A stretch of DNA of 64,000 nt from Takakia lepidozioides (lineage: Eukaryota; Plantae; Bryophyta). The notes under the pieces were generated by a model that did no database searches, was not told the DNA's origin, and saw only the letters and a program-made list of their open reading frames with translations. The DNA lies in NCBI GenBank assembly GCA_030704615.1, contig CM060733.1:32860001-32924000 (forward strand). The letters run 5' to 3'. The position numbers and the translations under genes were made by a program. The stretch's first letter is position 1. Each line of letters opens with the position of its first letter. Below are positions 14,344-27,996 of the stretch, piece after piece.

Positions 14344-17300
14344 CATTGGATGTGTGTTGAAATCACATAGAGATGGATGATTACCTGCTTAAAACCTTTT
14401 AATTCAGGTTGTAGATGGAGCCTTTTTCAAGGCTGATGATGTCTTTCTAGAAGAAGCAATCTGATTCAGACTTCCTTTCTAGTTTTGGCATGACTCTCTC
14501 TCTCTCTCTCTCTCCCCATGTCTAGGACCACAAGGCTAAGGCAAACAACAACTTACGAGTGCATTCTCTCTCTCTCCACAGCCGTTCTAGTTTACCCATG
14601 GATATTATAAAGTACCATTTCAATTTATTTCCATTCCTCCCACATTCAGTCTATTGGAGGGTTAGTTTCCCGTGGGGTCGAGACCTATACGGCTATGGCA
14701 AGCCAACGTTCGCAGGAAACGGCAGGCGTACATCATTAAATCTCCAGGCTGAGCCTAAAGCCCTGGCCCTGCTGGTGTCTAATTGCATCAATGGCCACAA
14801 GGCTACGGCAATGTCTTACAAGTACATTCTCTCTCTTATGAGTACATTCTTCTTCCCCTGGACTGGCCAAAGGAAATGTAGCAAACCTATCCAGACTGCA
14901 AAAGACGCAGATGGGCAGAAAATCTGATGTGTGAAAGGACATCAGATTCTCCTTCCGACTGTGCAATATTGTCATCCTGAGGTCTTGCAATTGGGATTAG
15001 GCTACTATCTCAATTGGGTTTAAAACCCAATTGGAAATGGGCCTATTGAGTAAAGCCTCTTGAATAACTGAGCCAGTAGAGCAAAGATTCTTCATAAAGA
15101 ACAAGTATGAAATCTAATGTTGTGCAGTCGGCAAGGTTGATATGGAACTGACCATCAACAACTAGAGCTGTCTGGTTTTCCACTTGCACCAGAATGCGTC
15201 CCTTGCGCCAAAATCCATCATCGCCAATATTAAGCAGTTTCTCCAAACTTCCTCGAAGGTTTCTATCTAACTGCATAGCACAACCTAAACATTTCAGAGA
15301 CTGCAGTTTTAAAGGCAAGTACATGCTTTATCCTACCTGTAGAATCCTCAATCACAAACAAAGGTCTTCTGAAAGTTCTGCAGGCCCTAATGCATGTATA
15401 CTAGGGGCCCGATATGCCCCTAGTCATATTTGGTACTTCTGAAGACAATAACTGTAGCACCAGAGAGTACAGAGTCTTGAGCTAACATCAGACACGCATA
15501 CAACTCTGCCTACGACAGTTCAATCAGAAGCATAGAATGACTGAGATAAATGAGGTTACACACCTCTGACCATGCAGATTTTGGCATGGCTAGAAAGATT
15601 GTCAATATGATACAACCAGGCCGTATGTAACTCTCCATGTCTGATGGTCGGTGTGCGAGCCACTCAAGAATCTGCAAGCATACCAACTTGAGAAACACAA
15701 CAACCAGAACATCCACAATAACATCTATACTATACGAGTTGCTAGAGGTCTTCAGTTAGATCTTTCTGCGGAGCTCCAAAGCATGGACTTAGCTATGACC
15801 TATATTAAGAATCCAACTACAGATGGGCAAAAACCTCGAAATTTGTGGTATCCCTTCCAAAAGACAAACAGACAAATAATACAGGGCAAAGACAGTGGCT
15901 ACAGATCTGATGGGGTGTGTTGCAAGTGGTTAACAAACCTGTGTCCGCAAAGATTGAGGGAACTCTGCTGGATTACGATCAAACAGCTTGAATGATATCC
16001 GTCCTGTTCGCCCCTGCCATTTCCAGTGCCAACAAACACCAAAAGGAAACATTGATCATAAGAAAATGGCCATAATCAAAATCCCACTTCTGTCACAAAC
16101 CTCGCCTCTTGTCCAGTTAACTGGTGAGCATCAAACTCTTATACTGTACTCAAAAGAGATGGTGGAGATATGTTCATAGCCTTCCCACTGAAGCTTTTGG
16201 CAAAGTCGTTTCTTCAAAGAAACTGGAAAATCAGGGGAAGCATAACCACACAATATATGAGCAAACATCCCTTGTAGGCTCCCAAACCCTTCCCGTGTTG
16301 CCAGCAGGGAATACCCACATGTGACAAAGAAGTTTGTCTTTAATAATTTGCCTTCAGGTAGTTTACCTGCCAGTCGCCATCAGAGCTCCCTGGTGATTGT
16401 TGCTCTGATCCAGACTGCGAATTCTCACTAAGTTGTTGGGGTGGTGGCTGCTGCAAATCAATTGATGGGCGAGAATAGGGTGACACAGCCTCATGGGATA
16501 ACCGTGTATCATGCTCTCCAAGAGATGTCGGTAAAGATCGGCCCTCTTTATCTACTATGGAATGATCTGCTGAATCATTGTCCGGACTTGTGATGGATTT
16601 CCTGTTTGCAGTACTCCTGCTCTCCACTGCCAACTTCAGAGGGACTGGTCTTTGTCCTGCCGGTGTTAACAAGTCATGCTGAAGTGGACTCCCATTTGGA
16701 GAGGAATGGTCACCCTGGCATGTTGACTTCAGCTGCTGCAATGCCATGGATGATCTAGAAGGTGACTGTCTGAGGTCCAAGGACCTAGGCGCCCTTGCAT
16801 ACATGGGGGAAGAAAGAAGAGCAGGTGCCAAAGTGGTGTGATCAATATATCTCTGAGAAGGACCTGCTTGGGAATCCACTGCTTCAGTCTGGGATGTGGA
16901 CGCAAGTGTCAAGGGTCCAGGACCAGGCACACCTCGAAGAGCAGGCTCTAAAGCTCCCTGTGCAGTTCTTGCAGCCACGGACGTCTGACCTTTGAGGCTA
17001 TTCTGCAGCAACAATGACAGGGCTTCGGTCGATGGACCTGCCAATCTGGAGAGAAGGGCTTGAGCCTCACCGGCTAAGTCGGTAGCATGCCCAGTAGTTG
17101 GAGGTGTTTGACCTGGTCGGCAGGCCACTCCAGCTGTGACAGGGTCAGGGTTACCACTCAAGTGGCTCCACGTTGCTGCAGTTTTGCTTAAATCCTCCAA
17201 GATTGTAGAGGCTGTGCCTGCCTTCTTCAAGCACTGCAAGAGTACCTCCCGATCTTTTACTGCCCCACTGACCCGATCCAGGGAGCTTGTTGCTGAAATG

Positions 17301-19461
17301 ATCACATTGCAAAGGACAATATATCACATTTATGGCAAGCAGTAACAGTTGTCATCATCAAAACATATAATATCAGACTGCCATAAGCTTGTGGAGGCCA
17401 TTACATTTTCATTATTTTTTGAGATGCATGAACGTACAATCCGAATTTCCTAGTTCCCCCAAAACAAACACCTTTGTATTCACACTTCAAGCTACAAGAA
17501 CACCAGTCAGGCAAGAAAAGTCAAACACACATGTGCTCCCAGTTTGCATAAAAAAAGCATGCAAATGGCAGTACATCTTGCCCAATATCCCTATGAAGAC
17601 AGCAATGACAATCAAACGTTACAAACTACAGCTCAATACTTCTCACAGCTTTCAAAGATAGAATTGGTGAAAAACAAGTCAAGAAACAGCCTTGGCAGGT
17701 AAAACCGTCCCGAAAGAGCTAACAACGACATGTAATGCAGCATCAACTCTCCTGATATCCACAGAAAGAACAAAAGCATGTATTCAGGGAAAGGACAGGG
17801 CCCAAAAGGAATCTCAAAGCCAGAGAGACAAACCTTGGAGATGGGACAAGATATCGAGGAAGCTAGCTAATCCTGAGCCTTTGCTCACCCTGTCTTCATC
17901 AGCCATCAAGTAGGCTCGAGCAGCTGCTGCCTCAGGTTGTGTCTTCCTCCGGCGCCTGTTGTGACCTGCCAACCGTCTCCGACAGCTCCGCTTGCCTTCA
18001 TCAAACTCTGGCAATGGATGAAATCTGCACCAAGGTAAACTTGTCACCCAAAATGCATACTGTATGGAACCCTAATATGTTAGATCATCAAAGTTGGGAT
18101 ACTGGCCGAAGTATCTGTAAGTATCTCCACTGCCCATAGGCCAAAGCCACAAGGCCCCTTGCAAATTGCTAAGCCTCCACAAGCATTGATGAGTGAACTT
18201 ATCCTTAGTGTGTGGCAGAAACTGAGACCAGGACACGTGATAAGTGTCCACCTTTATGCTGATGTGCTGCTGTTGAAATAGATCTACACAGGGACATGCA
18301 ACGTTGTGCCCATACCCTGCCCACTACCATGAGCCAACAGGAGCCTCCCCGCAATCTTACGGAAACCAGCATTTAAGCCAGGTGTGTTATAACTACAGAG
18401 GCCAACATTCAGCCTTTAAAAAAGTAGCCTTTATGATTGGTAGGTACGAACTATGAGGATGCACAAACCAGAACAAAATACACAACAGGAGTGTGAAATA
18501 AAACCTGCTGCACTGCTGGCAGAATCGCTGCATGAGCCGTGAAACTGGTGCCTTCGCCGCTTTTGAATGCATTTCACAAACTTTGTGCCGTCGATGGTAA
18601 TCTTTTGCTTTGCTGAGATCTGCTCTGCAATCATCCACTTGACACATGGGAAATTGCGACTGGGGAGAAGAGGAGCGATACCGCTTCCCAGTCCGTGCGC
18701 CACTTCCATTTTCTTCAGCATATGAGTAAGAGTCTCCTCCTAGTTTCAGACTGAGAGATCCAACTTCCTCAGGTGAGGCATCATCTCTGATGAAAGATCT
18801 CTTCTCATTCAACCGTGGAGAGGGAATTTCTTTGCCGAAAAAAGATTTGCTTCTAAGCTCGGACTCGTCATCTTCATTAGCATCACTTGCCTCCTCGGGT
18901 GTTGAGCCTCCTCCCACCCCAGAGGCTGGTTGTGCTACAAACATAAAATTGTCCCAGTTCCATGCTTTCCCTCCCCAATTCATCCTATGGGGCAGACCCT
19001 CTGCCTCCTGCGCCAAATGGCGATCCCAATTTGATGAAGATGTCCAAGGTGCATCAGCACAGTCTCCAGACAAGGACACAGAGCTTGGATGCATTGTCTT
19101 TCCACCTCCTGCAGTGCTTTTGACTTCAGACAATTACACTGCACTGGCAAATCAAGCCCAAAAAGAAAACTTTATATAGGACTACTGCCAGACCTATCTA
19201 AGAAACTCCTGTTCTGGCCCTTCAGAAAATTCCACGTATTGACGGACAACTGATCAGGTAATCAACGTTTTCTCATCACCTTATGCATTCCGCCCTACCC
19301 ACCCACCCCCCCAACACACACACACACAAAAGAAATCCAAGCACACATGAATTTCTCCAAAAATTGAAGCACTCACCTCCAGGGAAGAATTGGTGCTGAA
19401 AGAAAGGTGGATTGGTGTGGCTAAGGGTGTCTACTCCAATCTGACCCACTTCACTCTCCAT
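11125..19461 (-). CDS. SPL: SQUAMOSA promoter-binding-like transcription factor, long SPL1/12/14/16-type (SBP + ankyrin + C-terminal TM), about 11 exons
   Basis: SBP domain [28 protein letters not shown]...RFCQQCSR|[27 protein letters not shown], split at the conserved intron. Also [21 protein letters not shown], ankyrin-like [12 protein letters not shown], and C-terminal [36 protein letters not shown] short first exon MESEVGQ (19461) can splice in frame to GGKTMHPSS. Confidence 0.95.
14303..14341. repeat. (CT)n microsatellite in an SPL intron
   Basis: Run of ctctct... seen directly; a second shorter run lies near 14494-14514. Confidence 0.95.
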
Positions 19462-20956
19462 ACTTTCCCGTCACAGAGCCACACGAGCTCAGGGACTCGG
19501 GTTGGTTCCAAAGAGCCAGAGGAAAACTCCTCCAATGCAGAAACACTTGGCAACCTGCTCACCTTATACAACACTTACAACCAGTGTGAGAAAGACTTTC
19601 CCTGTTTCTTCCCCAAGACTCTCGTGATGTGAAAGATGCAGTGTCCACATCTGAGATGCCGGCGAAGACTCCAGAAAACATATTTGCACCTTCCGGCTGA
19701 AATGGCGAAGTACACCAATTGGAAGACCGTATCTTTATGCCATATCTCAACCACCAGACAGTCAACGTTAGACAAGCAGACGTGCACTCTGAAACAGAAC
19801 TCTTGTGGTGATGTCTGAATTTCCTTCTGTAAACCTTAGGCTTGAAATGGAAGTACTCGACGCTCCTGGCGTGACAACCGACACTGTGCATCAGCATGAA
19901 GAGTTGCTGCTGCCTCAGGTGTCGTCAAACGCCAGCTCCATCGTCTAATTTGGCCCCCGAAGAGAAAAGATTCTCCAGAGCTAAATCAAAGAAGCGCTAC
20001 GTATATATAAGTGCAAGCGCTTCCTCCCAAATGCACCATATCAGTCTTGTATATATAATCCTTGGCCATTAGCCCGCCTGGCCGCTGGAGCAAAAAATGC
20101 TTCTTGGAACTGTTAGGTCCAAGGAAGTCTGTAGTACTGTCGGTCTGTCATATCCTCCATACCAAATTTATGGTTCAGTGGCCCCTCCAATCCACCTAAT
20201 ACCAAACCGGAACCATCCCAAGCAAACCGCATATCAACCTACTAGTCACAATCCGCGACTCACAGGTATCGTTTCCTTCCCCTTTCCTTCTTTCCTTCTA
20301 TCTTCTCGTTACGTCGATAACATTTCAGTCCATTCTGCGCTTTTCCTTGTCTCCAGACACACAGTAGTACCTTGACCTTGCCACACGATAAGCGAGAACA
20401 GACACTACTCTCCTCCAAACGGAAGAAAGACCATCATACAGTTTTCAGTTCCAACAGACAACATTCGTCACGGTTTAGGAGAGCCGAGGATCGAATATAA
20501 ACAGAAGCAATTGCAGACAGCATACATCAGACAGCGGATACATACAAAGGAACCTCGTCTACGTTGGAAACATTAACCTAATCTACAGGACAGATTCTCC
20601 TTGTGCAGCACCACAGCACGCGCTCTCTCTCTCCCCTTCGTTCCTCAGTCAAAGCTCCGCGCAGCGGACACACTCGAGGGAGGCTCCACCGTGCCCACGC
20701 ACACCCTCCCCCGTCTGGATGGATGAAATACATCCATACTGCTGCAAGGGCCCCGCCGCACGGGTGTACGGCAGAAAAATCCGTCGCCGCGATCTTTCCG
20801 TCAACCGCACTCCTCGTAACTCTGTCGTCTTCTGAACGGAGACGAACAGAGACGGTGTCGTACCACTATCCGTCCGCTGGCCCACGTCATGGAGCCCAGG
20901 TGTCGGTCAGCATGCGGTCGTCGTCGGTACACAATAGTGAGCTTCCCAGTAAGTCA

Positions 20957-21560
20957 AGCTCCAGTTAAGCCCCAACAGATCGGACTGGGTGATAGGGATT
21001 CTTAGCCCTTATTAGCCGAACGGACCGGGATCGGAATTGCGGATAGAAAAACCAGTGGTACCTCGGTTTCAAACTTTAAATTGATTAAAACAGTAAAAAA
21101 TCTTAAAGGAAAAAAAACCGGTCGCATAGCTCCAGGTTAAGCCCCAACAGATCGGACTCGGTGATAGGGATTCTTAGCCGGACGGACCGGGATCGGAATT
21201 GCGGATAGAGAAACCAGTGGTACCTCGGTTTCAAACTTTAAATTGATTAAAACAGTAAAAACCGGTCGCGTAGCTCCAGTTAAGCCCCAACAGATCGGAC
21301 TCGGTTATAGGGATTCTTAGCCGGACGGACCGGGATCGGAATTGCGGGTAGAGAAACCAGTGGTACCTCAGTTTCAAACTTTAAATTGATTAAAACAGTA
21401 AAAACCGGTCGCGTAGCTCCAGTTAAGCCCCAACAGATCGGACTCGGTGATAGGGATTCTTAGCCGGACGGACCGGGATCGGAATTGCGGATAGAGAAAC
21501 CAGTGGTACAAACTTTAAATTGATTAAAGCAGTAAAAAATATTAAAGGAAAAAAAACCAG
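20957..21560. repeat. Tandem repeat, 4 copies of a ~143-171 bp unit, upstream of SPL
   Basis: The unit starting agctccagttaagccccaacagatcggact recurs at 20957, 21128, 21272 and 21415 with high identity. Confidence 0.95.
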
Positions 21561-22669
21561 GCCTGGAGCGACCATTCAGACAAATCAGGCCCCTTAGTTA
21601 TAGTGATAGGAGAAAACAACCTCTTTCCAAGTAACCCTGCAAAGCACAAGGCTCATGTGACAAAGGACACAACTAGTCCGTAGCAAACTGCAGTTGCGAC
21701 CGACCGAAAATTCTCAATGTAAAGCATATCTTTATATGGGATCCAATGGAGTGCGACCATGAAATGCAAATGATGCATCCACAAGCGTCCCCAGATGCCT
21801 TGCCGGAAATGGAGAGGTAGGCAGGCAAGATGCAGGGGTGGACCACCACAAAATGTAAAAGCTCCAATGAGCATGGAACTCTCCCCATGCAGAAACCGAA
21901 CACAAACACAACGGCCAAATAGGACGTCACGAAATAAAAAATGCCTTCCGCTGGATGGTAGCATTTCCCAGCTGGGAGGAGTACAAAAGTGCAAGTTGTA
22001 AGTTAGTAGGTTTTGTGGGACCGGGAAGGAGTTGACCATATTGGTACTACAATGCGGAGTACACATAGAGAGAGCCCTGTGGTTGGTTGTGCAGCGAGTG
22101 ATAGGTCGCAATCTAGATCCGATGAGAAGACGAACGAACCGTGAGAGAGAGATATGATGCCAACCGAAGATAGCCTAAATAAGAGCCTTTTCCCTTTTGC
22201 GGGTACCCATTAACCATCACCGAAGGCATCATTGGTGCGTCGCGAGCTGCTGCAGTGATGATGATGCTGATGGGTAGTTGTTTCCGTTCACGGAACGATC
22301 ACCGGTCTGTTGGGATGATCCCGATATCCGATACCATGCAAAGTGGGTTGGTGCTACCCACCCACAAAACCAAGAACTGTTCGCACCAAGATCTCCCAAA
22401 TGTGTAAGTGTAGAATGGACTCCCCCAAAATCCTTACGCCTCAATGGTGGTTAGTTTTTCCACCCTCTGCAATATATTCAGGGCTCTGTTTGGTGACCCT
22501 TATTGTGACCACCGACCTCTAATATAAACTTTTTTTTAAATTAAAAATAAAAGGGGAAAAAGCCCTGTATACCTATCATATTAAAGAAGGAGTCCTGGAA
22601 AAAATAACCAGGACAGGAGGCCATAAGGCTTAAACTTCTTAAACTTCCAAACACACCAATTCTGTACAG

Positions 22670-22908
22670 TTATTCTTATTCTTATTCTTATTATTATTAT
22701 ATTTCCAGGTGAATAATATATGGGAGCGACAACTCACAATTCAAGACCAGGCAAAAAATAACCCCCTTCCATTGATGAGGCATACAGGAGACTGAACGAC
22801 TGAACCCCAAACCCAGAGGCCAACGAAACCAGATAATACCAGATACGACAAGGTAGTAGGATTTGAACCCAAAATCAGCTGGGTGGTTATCCAACCGAGC
22901 TACCAACC
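22670..22908 (-). mobile_element. tRNA-derived SINE, copy 1
   Basis: Minus-strand head GGTTGGTAGCTCGGTTGG (A box)...GGGTTCAAATCC (B box). The body is similar to 36367-36608, and the tail is (AAT/AAGAAT)n. Confidence 0.7.
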
Positions 22909-23360
22909 CGTGATAATTTGACGGATTGATAACATTATTGGTATGGCCATAATGACATAAGACATGGGATGCATCAAAATCACAAGTCCATGATATGTCA
23001 TCCAAGCATTGACCTGAACAAACGAGACCTTATGGATGAATGCCTTCCTCATCCATGATATTCCTTCAATAAAAAGCCCAATCTGAGATGAATGCGGTTG
23101 TGTCGGGTGATGATAGCATGACCTGGTAACACGTAGCAATATAGGTGGACCGTGGAATTATGGCGGCACGATGATACCGATGTATGTGAACGATGACATG
23201 GGTCAGCGCATGCCGACCTCACGGGGCCACTGCGAGCCGTACCGACTGACGTGTCTACTAGGACATCGTACAATGCATATCGTACCGTACGACGATGTAC
23301 CACTATAAGGTAGGTAGATAGGTACCTAGCACATCTGCCACGTACCCCTGTACGTTGACA

Positions 23361-23818
23361 TGTAAAGCCCCATACTTGCTTAGCCTGGAAATGGCCCATT
23401 TCATCCAAAACGGCGGTACACATCCATAGTATATTCTTTTGACGTATAAAACCGTTAAACCGTTACAATGATATCTAGGTTAGGGTTAGTTTTTGCCGCT
23501 GGCTCGATCCTGGCCCTTCATCAGATCTAGGGCTACAAGGCAGCGCCGTGGGCTTTGGCATGTGATGCCTCGCCACGCGGCGGGCTACTATGGTTAGGGC
23601 TTTTGTATAAAGACGGCGCCCTGACACAAGGTCAGGACGGTGTATTCAGGTATTAGTGTATATGTGATTTGAGTGTACAAACTTTGGATGAGAGCTCATG
23701 TGTGTCAGATCCGCCTGCTTGATCCTCCTCTCGCGCATTGCCTGCTCTTTCGCTTGCCCCTTTGTTGTAAAAACACGTTTCTTGAGAGGAAGGGAGTATA
23801 TGTTTCAGGCTCGTTTTG
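23361..23818 (+). repeat. 5' LTR, missing its last ~10 bp
   Basis: Direct repeat of 27528-27996 with about 22 substitutions by manual count. Similarity stops at ...ctcgttttg. Confidence 0.92.
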
Positions 23819-25039
23819 GAGAGAAGTCGGGTAGCGTCTAGGTGTTTTAGCATCCACTGCCCGCCCTGACAGCATTTGTTGGGTTGTTGAGGGATCTGCG
23901 CGCTAATATTTTGATCGTTGCTCTCTAATCAGTCTTGTCTGATGGCGGCCGGCCACTATGCGATGTTTTCTCCTGTTGTTTCGTTTTCTTTCTCACCCTG
24001 CTCGTTGTGTTGTGTTGCAGGACGATGGCCTCGGTGCGTAGTACTAGTTGTGTAGCACGCAGAGAGGAAGAAAGCCTGTCGGTGCAAGTTGATTTGGTTT
24101 TTGAGATTGAGACTGACCCTACTTTGACAGTAACAACTGATCTTGCTGTCACTAACCCCCCTCGACGTGCGCTGCTTGGCATTGTTGCCTCGCCCAGTGT
24201 CACCCCTGCCTAAACCCAGCACTGATGGTCTTGGTCTTGTCATGCATCTGAACTCAGCTAGCCCTAGATATGATGTTGATGTGAATGAAGCCGAGGTCTG
24301 GTCACCAAGAGATAAGATGTCACCCAGCTCTTTAGATAGCTGTGATGTTGAGTACTATAATTTTGACAATTTCTATGATCTAGGTCCTGATTACAAGTGT
24401 CCGAGAGAACGAGAAAGAGAGTTTGAGAGGGATATTGAGCGCTCTCAGGAGTATGATGAGTCTCTAGGAGAGTTGCTTCCGGAGGATGTGTAGTGGTTTG
24501 AAAAGTTTGAAGCATCTATTCGCGAGGATGTTCGTCGTCTGAACAGTCATCACGAAGCGATTTTTGTGCGACCTGGGTCTAGTTTTGGCTTTGAGAGAGA
24601 GAGTGCGTTGTGCCTGACCCGACCCGTTGTGGCTGTCAGGAACTCCCTGCGCTTGCGGCCAGAAGTGTTCAAGGCTCGTCTTCTTCATCATCGGCAGGTG
24701 CCCTGGGAAGCGCTAGGGCTCCACTTACCATTCTCAGTTCGCCGTGAGGCGGGCCTGTGGCAGACGACCGAACGGACAGCAGGCTCGTGGCTCTCGTTGT
24801 TGCTTGAAGGCTCTGGAGCCTTGTTGTTGCGAGCCCTTCGATTTCACTCCCGGGTGTGTCGTTACAAGCCCACAACGGTGGACTTGGTGGATGGTCTCGT
24901 GGGAAATAGTTTGCATCTGCAGTCATCCAACATCGTGATTTTGCCAGGCACCTGCTTTGAAGAGCAGCATGTCATTTGCCCTCGCGTTGCAGATCACCTG
25001 GATAATTTTCCCAATTCCTCAGTGTTGTCCCGGACGTTG

Positions 25040-27212
25040 CTCCTATCCTGATGTTTTCCAACTTTGAGTTATCTTTCTTGCTTCAGACTGATGCATCTGA
25101 TGTTGTCATCTCTACAATCTTATGTCAAGTAGTAGAAGGCAATGAACATGTCATAGCTTATGTATCTCGTCGTCTAGATCGTCATGAAATGAATTATTCA
25201 ATATCTGATAAGGAGGGTCTAGCCCTGGTCTTTGGTGTGAAGCATTTCAGGCAATATATACATGCACCCGGTTTGTGGTAGGGACTGATCATCTTCCTCT
25301 AAAGGCTCTTGTTAAGCCAAGGGAACTTCATGGCAGACTTGCTAGATGGGCTATGTACCTACAGGAATTTGACATGGATATAGTCTACAAGAAGGGCAAG
25401 GAAAACACGAATGCTGATGCACTCACAGGGGTTGATCCACCTGTCAGCAGGCCTATGCTCACCTTGGATAACCTAGTTGCTGCTGATGTTGCCCCTCTTC
25501 CTGATCCTGCCCTTTTCTCAACCTTCTTTGTGCAGATCAGCAACCCTTGGCCCTGGATTCATATGACATATTGGCTGCTTAGGGCTGGTCTAGCCTGCTA
25601 AATGAGTCTGGTTGATTTATTCGTGTGTTGGTAAGTGTGGTGGATCTATCGCTTAGCGAGAATTCGGATGGTTTGGTGGAAGTTCCTTGTTGTGTTTCAT
25701 CCCTTCTCTTTCCTAGGCCCCCAAGTTTGTTGTAATTTCGCTGCTGCACTCCGGTGTGACTATTGGCTTGAGCCTCAAAGCCTGATTTGGCTGTCCATGA
25801 GTAGTAACAAAATGGGATGAAGGTATCCCTGACTGGAGATCATAAGTGCAGGCACTCCAGACCACCTTCTCTAAAACCCATTATCTACCTCTTGTGTGCA
25901 GTGCAGTCATGGATGATCAGCTACATGTTGCGCTACTCCAGCGATGTCAATCTGGGCGTTCGCCAGTTGGCCTTTTCGAGTCCTTGCGTAAAACAGATTC
26001 TCTATCATGTGTCTACTCACCGTTTTATGGGTGATAAGTTTTTCAAGAAGCTCACTAGAGGAGGAGCGTCATGCTATTTGGAGGTGCCACCACAGAGCCA
26101 GCTGAAATGCTTTATTGGAGCGTTTTCATTGTTCTTTGTATGCAGGTCACATTGGTATCAAGAAAACTGTGGTCCGCATCCAAGAGGTATGCTATTGGCT
26201 GGGAATTCACCGAGACGTTACCGAGTTCATCTCTAAGTGTAAAGGTTGTCGTGCTAACATTGCTCTCCCTAGGGCCCGGATCTTGTATGAGCTGCAGCCT
26301 TTGCCTGTCACCCATGCTTTTGCTCGTGTTGGCATTGACTTGGTAGGACCCCTCGCACTCACATCAAAGGGTCAAAGCTACCTTTGTGTTGCTACCGACT
26401 ACTTGACTAAGTGGGTAGAAGTCCGGCCTTTGCGTTCCAAGGCTAGTACTGATACTGTAGCTCAGTTCTTCTTCAATGAGATCCTTATGCGGCATGGGTG
26501 TCCTCGGGAGATACTCACGGATCAGGGCAAGGAGTTTTGTAACCAGCTCATCACGGTGATTTGCTTCAACTTTGGTGTTAAACATTCTACCACCGCCCCA
26601 TACCATCCCCAGACCAATGGCCTTACGGAACGTTTCAACCAAACTCTTTGCTGAATGTTGGAGAAGAATGGTGCACTTACCAGGGAGTGAGATACATTTC
26701 TTTCCCCTATTCTCTTCGCTTATCGCACCGCCATGCATGTTATCACCAAGAAAACTCTTTTTGAGTTATTGTATGGTCGTTAGTGTGTTTCTCCTTTGCA
26801 TTCTACCCCTCTTATCTCTACCGTTGTTGACCCAGTCGATCTTGAGACCTTTGTTGAGGATCTTCATGCTCGACATGCGGTGTCTATCCATGATGCCAAG
26901 ACAAACATTGGTAAGGCTCAACTAACCCAGGCCCGTAATTTTAACAAGCGTGTCAAGTATTCTAACATGTTTCAGGTGGGACAGACCGTGTGTGTTCGAT
27001 TACAACTTGGCAAGCATGTATGCAAATCTAAGCTTAAGATCGACGGTCCATACTTGATCTATCAAATTCTACGTGGGCGACGTGCTCTCCTTCTTCCCCA
27101 AGGCTCTAATACTGAAGTGCGGGATGAACCTGTTTCCTTGACAGACTTGGTGCATTCCGAGCTAGTTTCTGATCTTACATGTATCAATGTAGAGGGACGC
27201 ACGGTGGGGTGA
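25040..27212 (+). pseudogene. Gypsy pol remnant: RNase H and integrase, with frameshifts and stops
   Basis: RNase H: LQTDASD...IAYVSR...YSISDKEGLALVFGVKHFRQY, TDHLPL, RLARWAMYLQEF. Integrase: H..GHIG..C..C zinc finger, VGIDLVGPL, ILTDQGKEF, YHPQTNGLTERFNQTL. Confidence 0.93.
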
Positions 27213-27527
27213 TGTCTTGATCTTCTTAACAGATCTACTTCAGCTTGATCCACTTCTCTTCTCAGCGGCTTAGTCTTAGTTTGCGGATGATGACTCTTGG
27301 GGTCCTCGGACTTGACCTCTCTAGGACTTAGAACATTTCTATGACATATCACCATCTGTACTCCCTGCATGGTTTTCCTAGCTAGGGGTTTTGTCCTCGG
27401 CCCAACTTGCAGGTGCCAGGTTTTCCCTTGGTAGGTTTTTCACCCAACAGTAGAGGGTGATATTTTCCCATTATTTGTTTTTCTTCACGGAGCTCAGGAT
27501 TTTTTCGTGGGGGGTAGGCTTCATAGA

Positions 27528-27996
27528 TGTAAAGCCCCATACTTGCTTAGCCTGGAAATAGCCCGTTTCATCCAAAACGGCAATACACATCCATAGTATA
27601 TTTTTTTGGCGTATAAAGCCGTTAAATCGTTACAATGATATCTAGGTTAGGGTTAGTTTTTGCCGCTGGCTCGATCCTGGCCCTTCATCAGATCTAGGGC
27701 TACAAGGCGGCGCCGTGGGCTTTGGCCTGTGATGCCTCGCTATGCGGCGGGCCACTATGGTTAGGGCTTTTGTATAAAGACGGCACCCTGACACAAGGTT
27801 AGGGCGGTGTATTCAGGTATTAGTGTATATGTGATTTGAGTGTACAAACTTTGGATGAAAGCTCCTGTGTGTCAGATCCGCCTGCTTGATCCTCCTCTCG
27901 CACATTGCCTGCTCTTTTGCTTGCCCCTTTGTTGTGAAAACACGTTTCTTGAGAGGAAGGGAGTATATGCTTCAGGCTCGTTTTGCAGGCTTTACA
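27528..27996 (+). repeat. 3' LTR (469 bp)
   Basis: TGTAAAGCC...GGCTTTACA with 9-bp inverted ends, preceded by a G-rich tract (gtggggggtagg). Confidence 0.93.

Larger units (their letters stand above)
23361..27996 (+). mobile_element. Ty3/Gypsy LTR retrotransposon, internally deleted and degenerate
   Basis: Two LTRs, TG...CA ends (tgtaaagcc/ggctttaca), GACA on both flanks, and RNase H followed by integrase remnants. Confidence 0.92.

Noticed and set aside
23478-23490. Interstitial telomere (ggttagggttag)
   Set aside because: Only about two units, and part of the LTR in all three copies.
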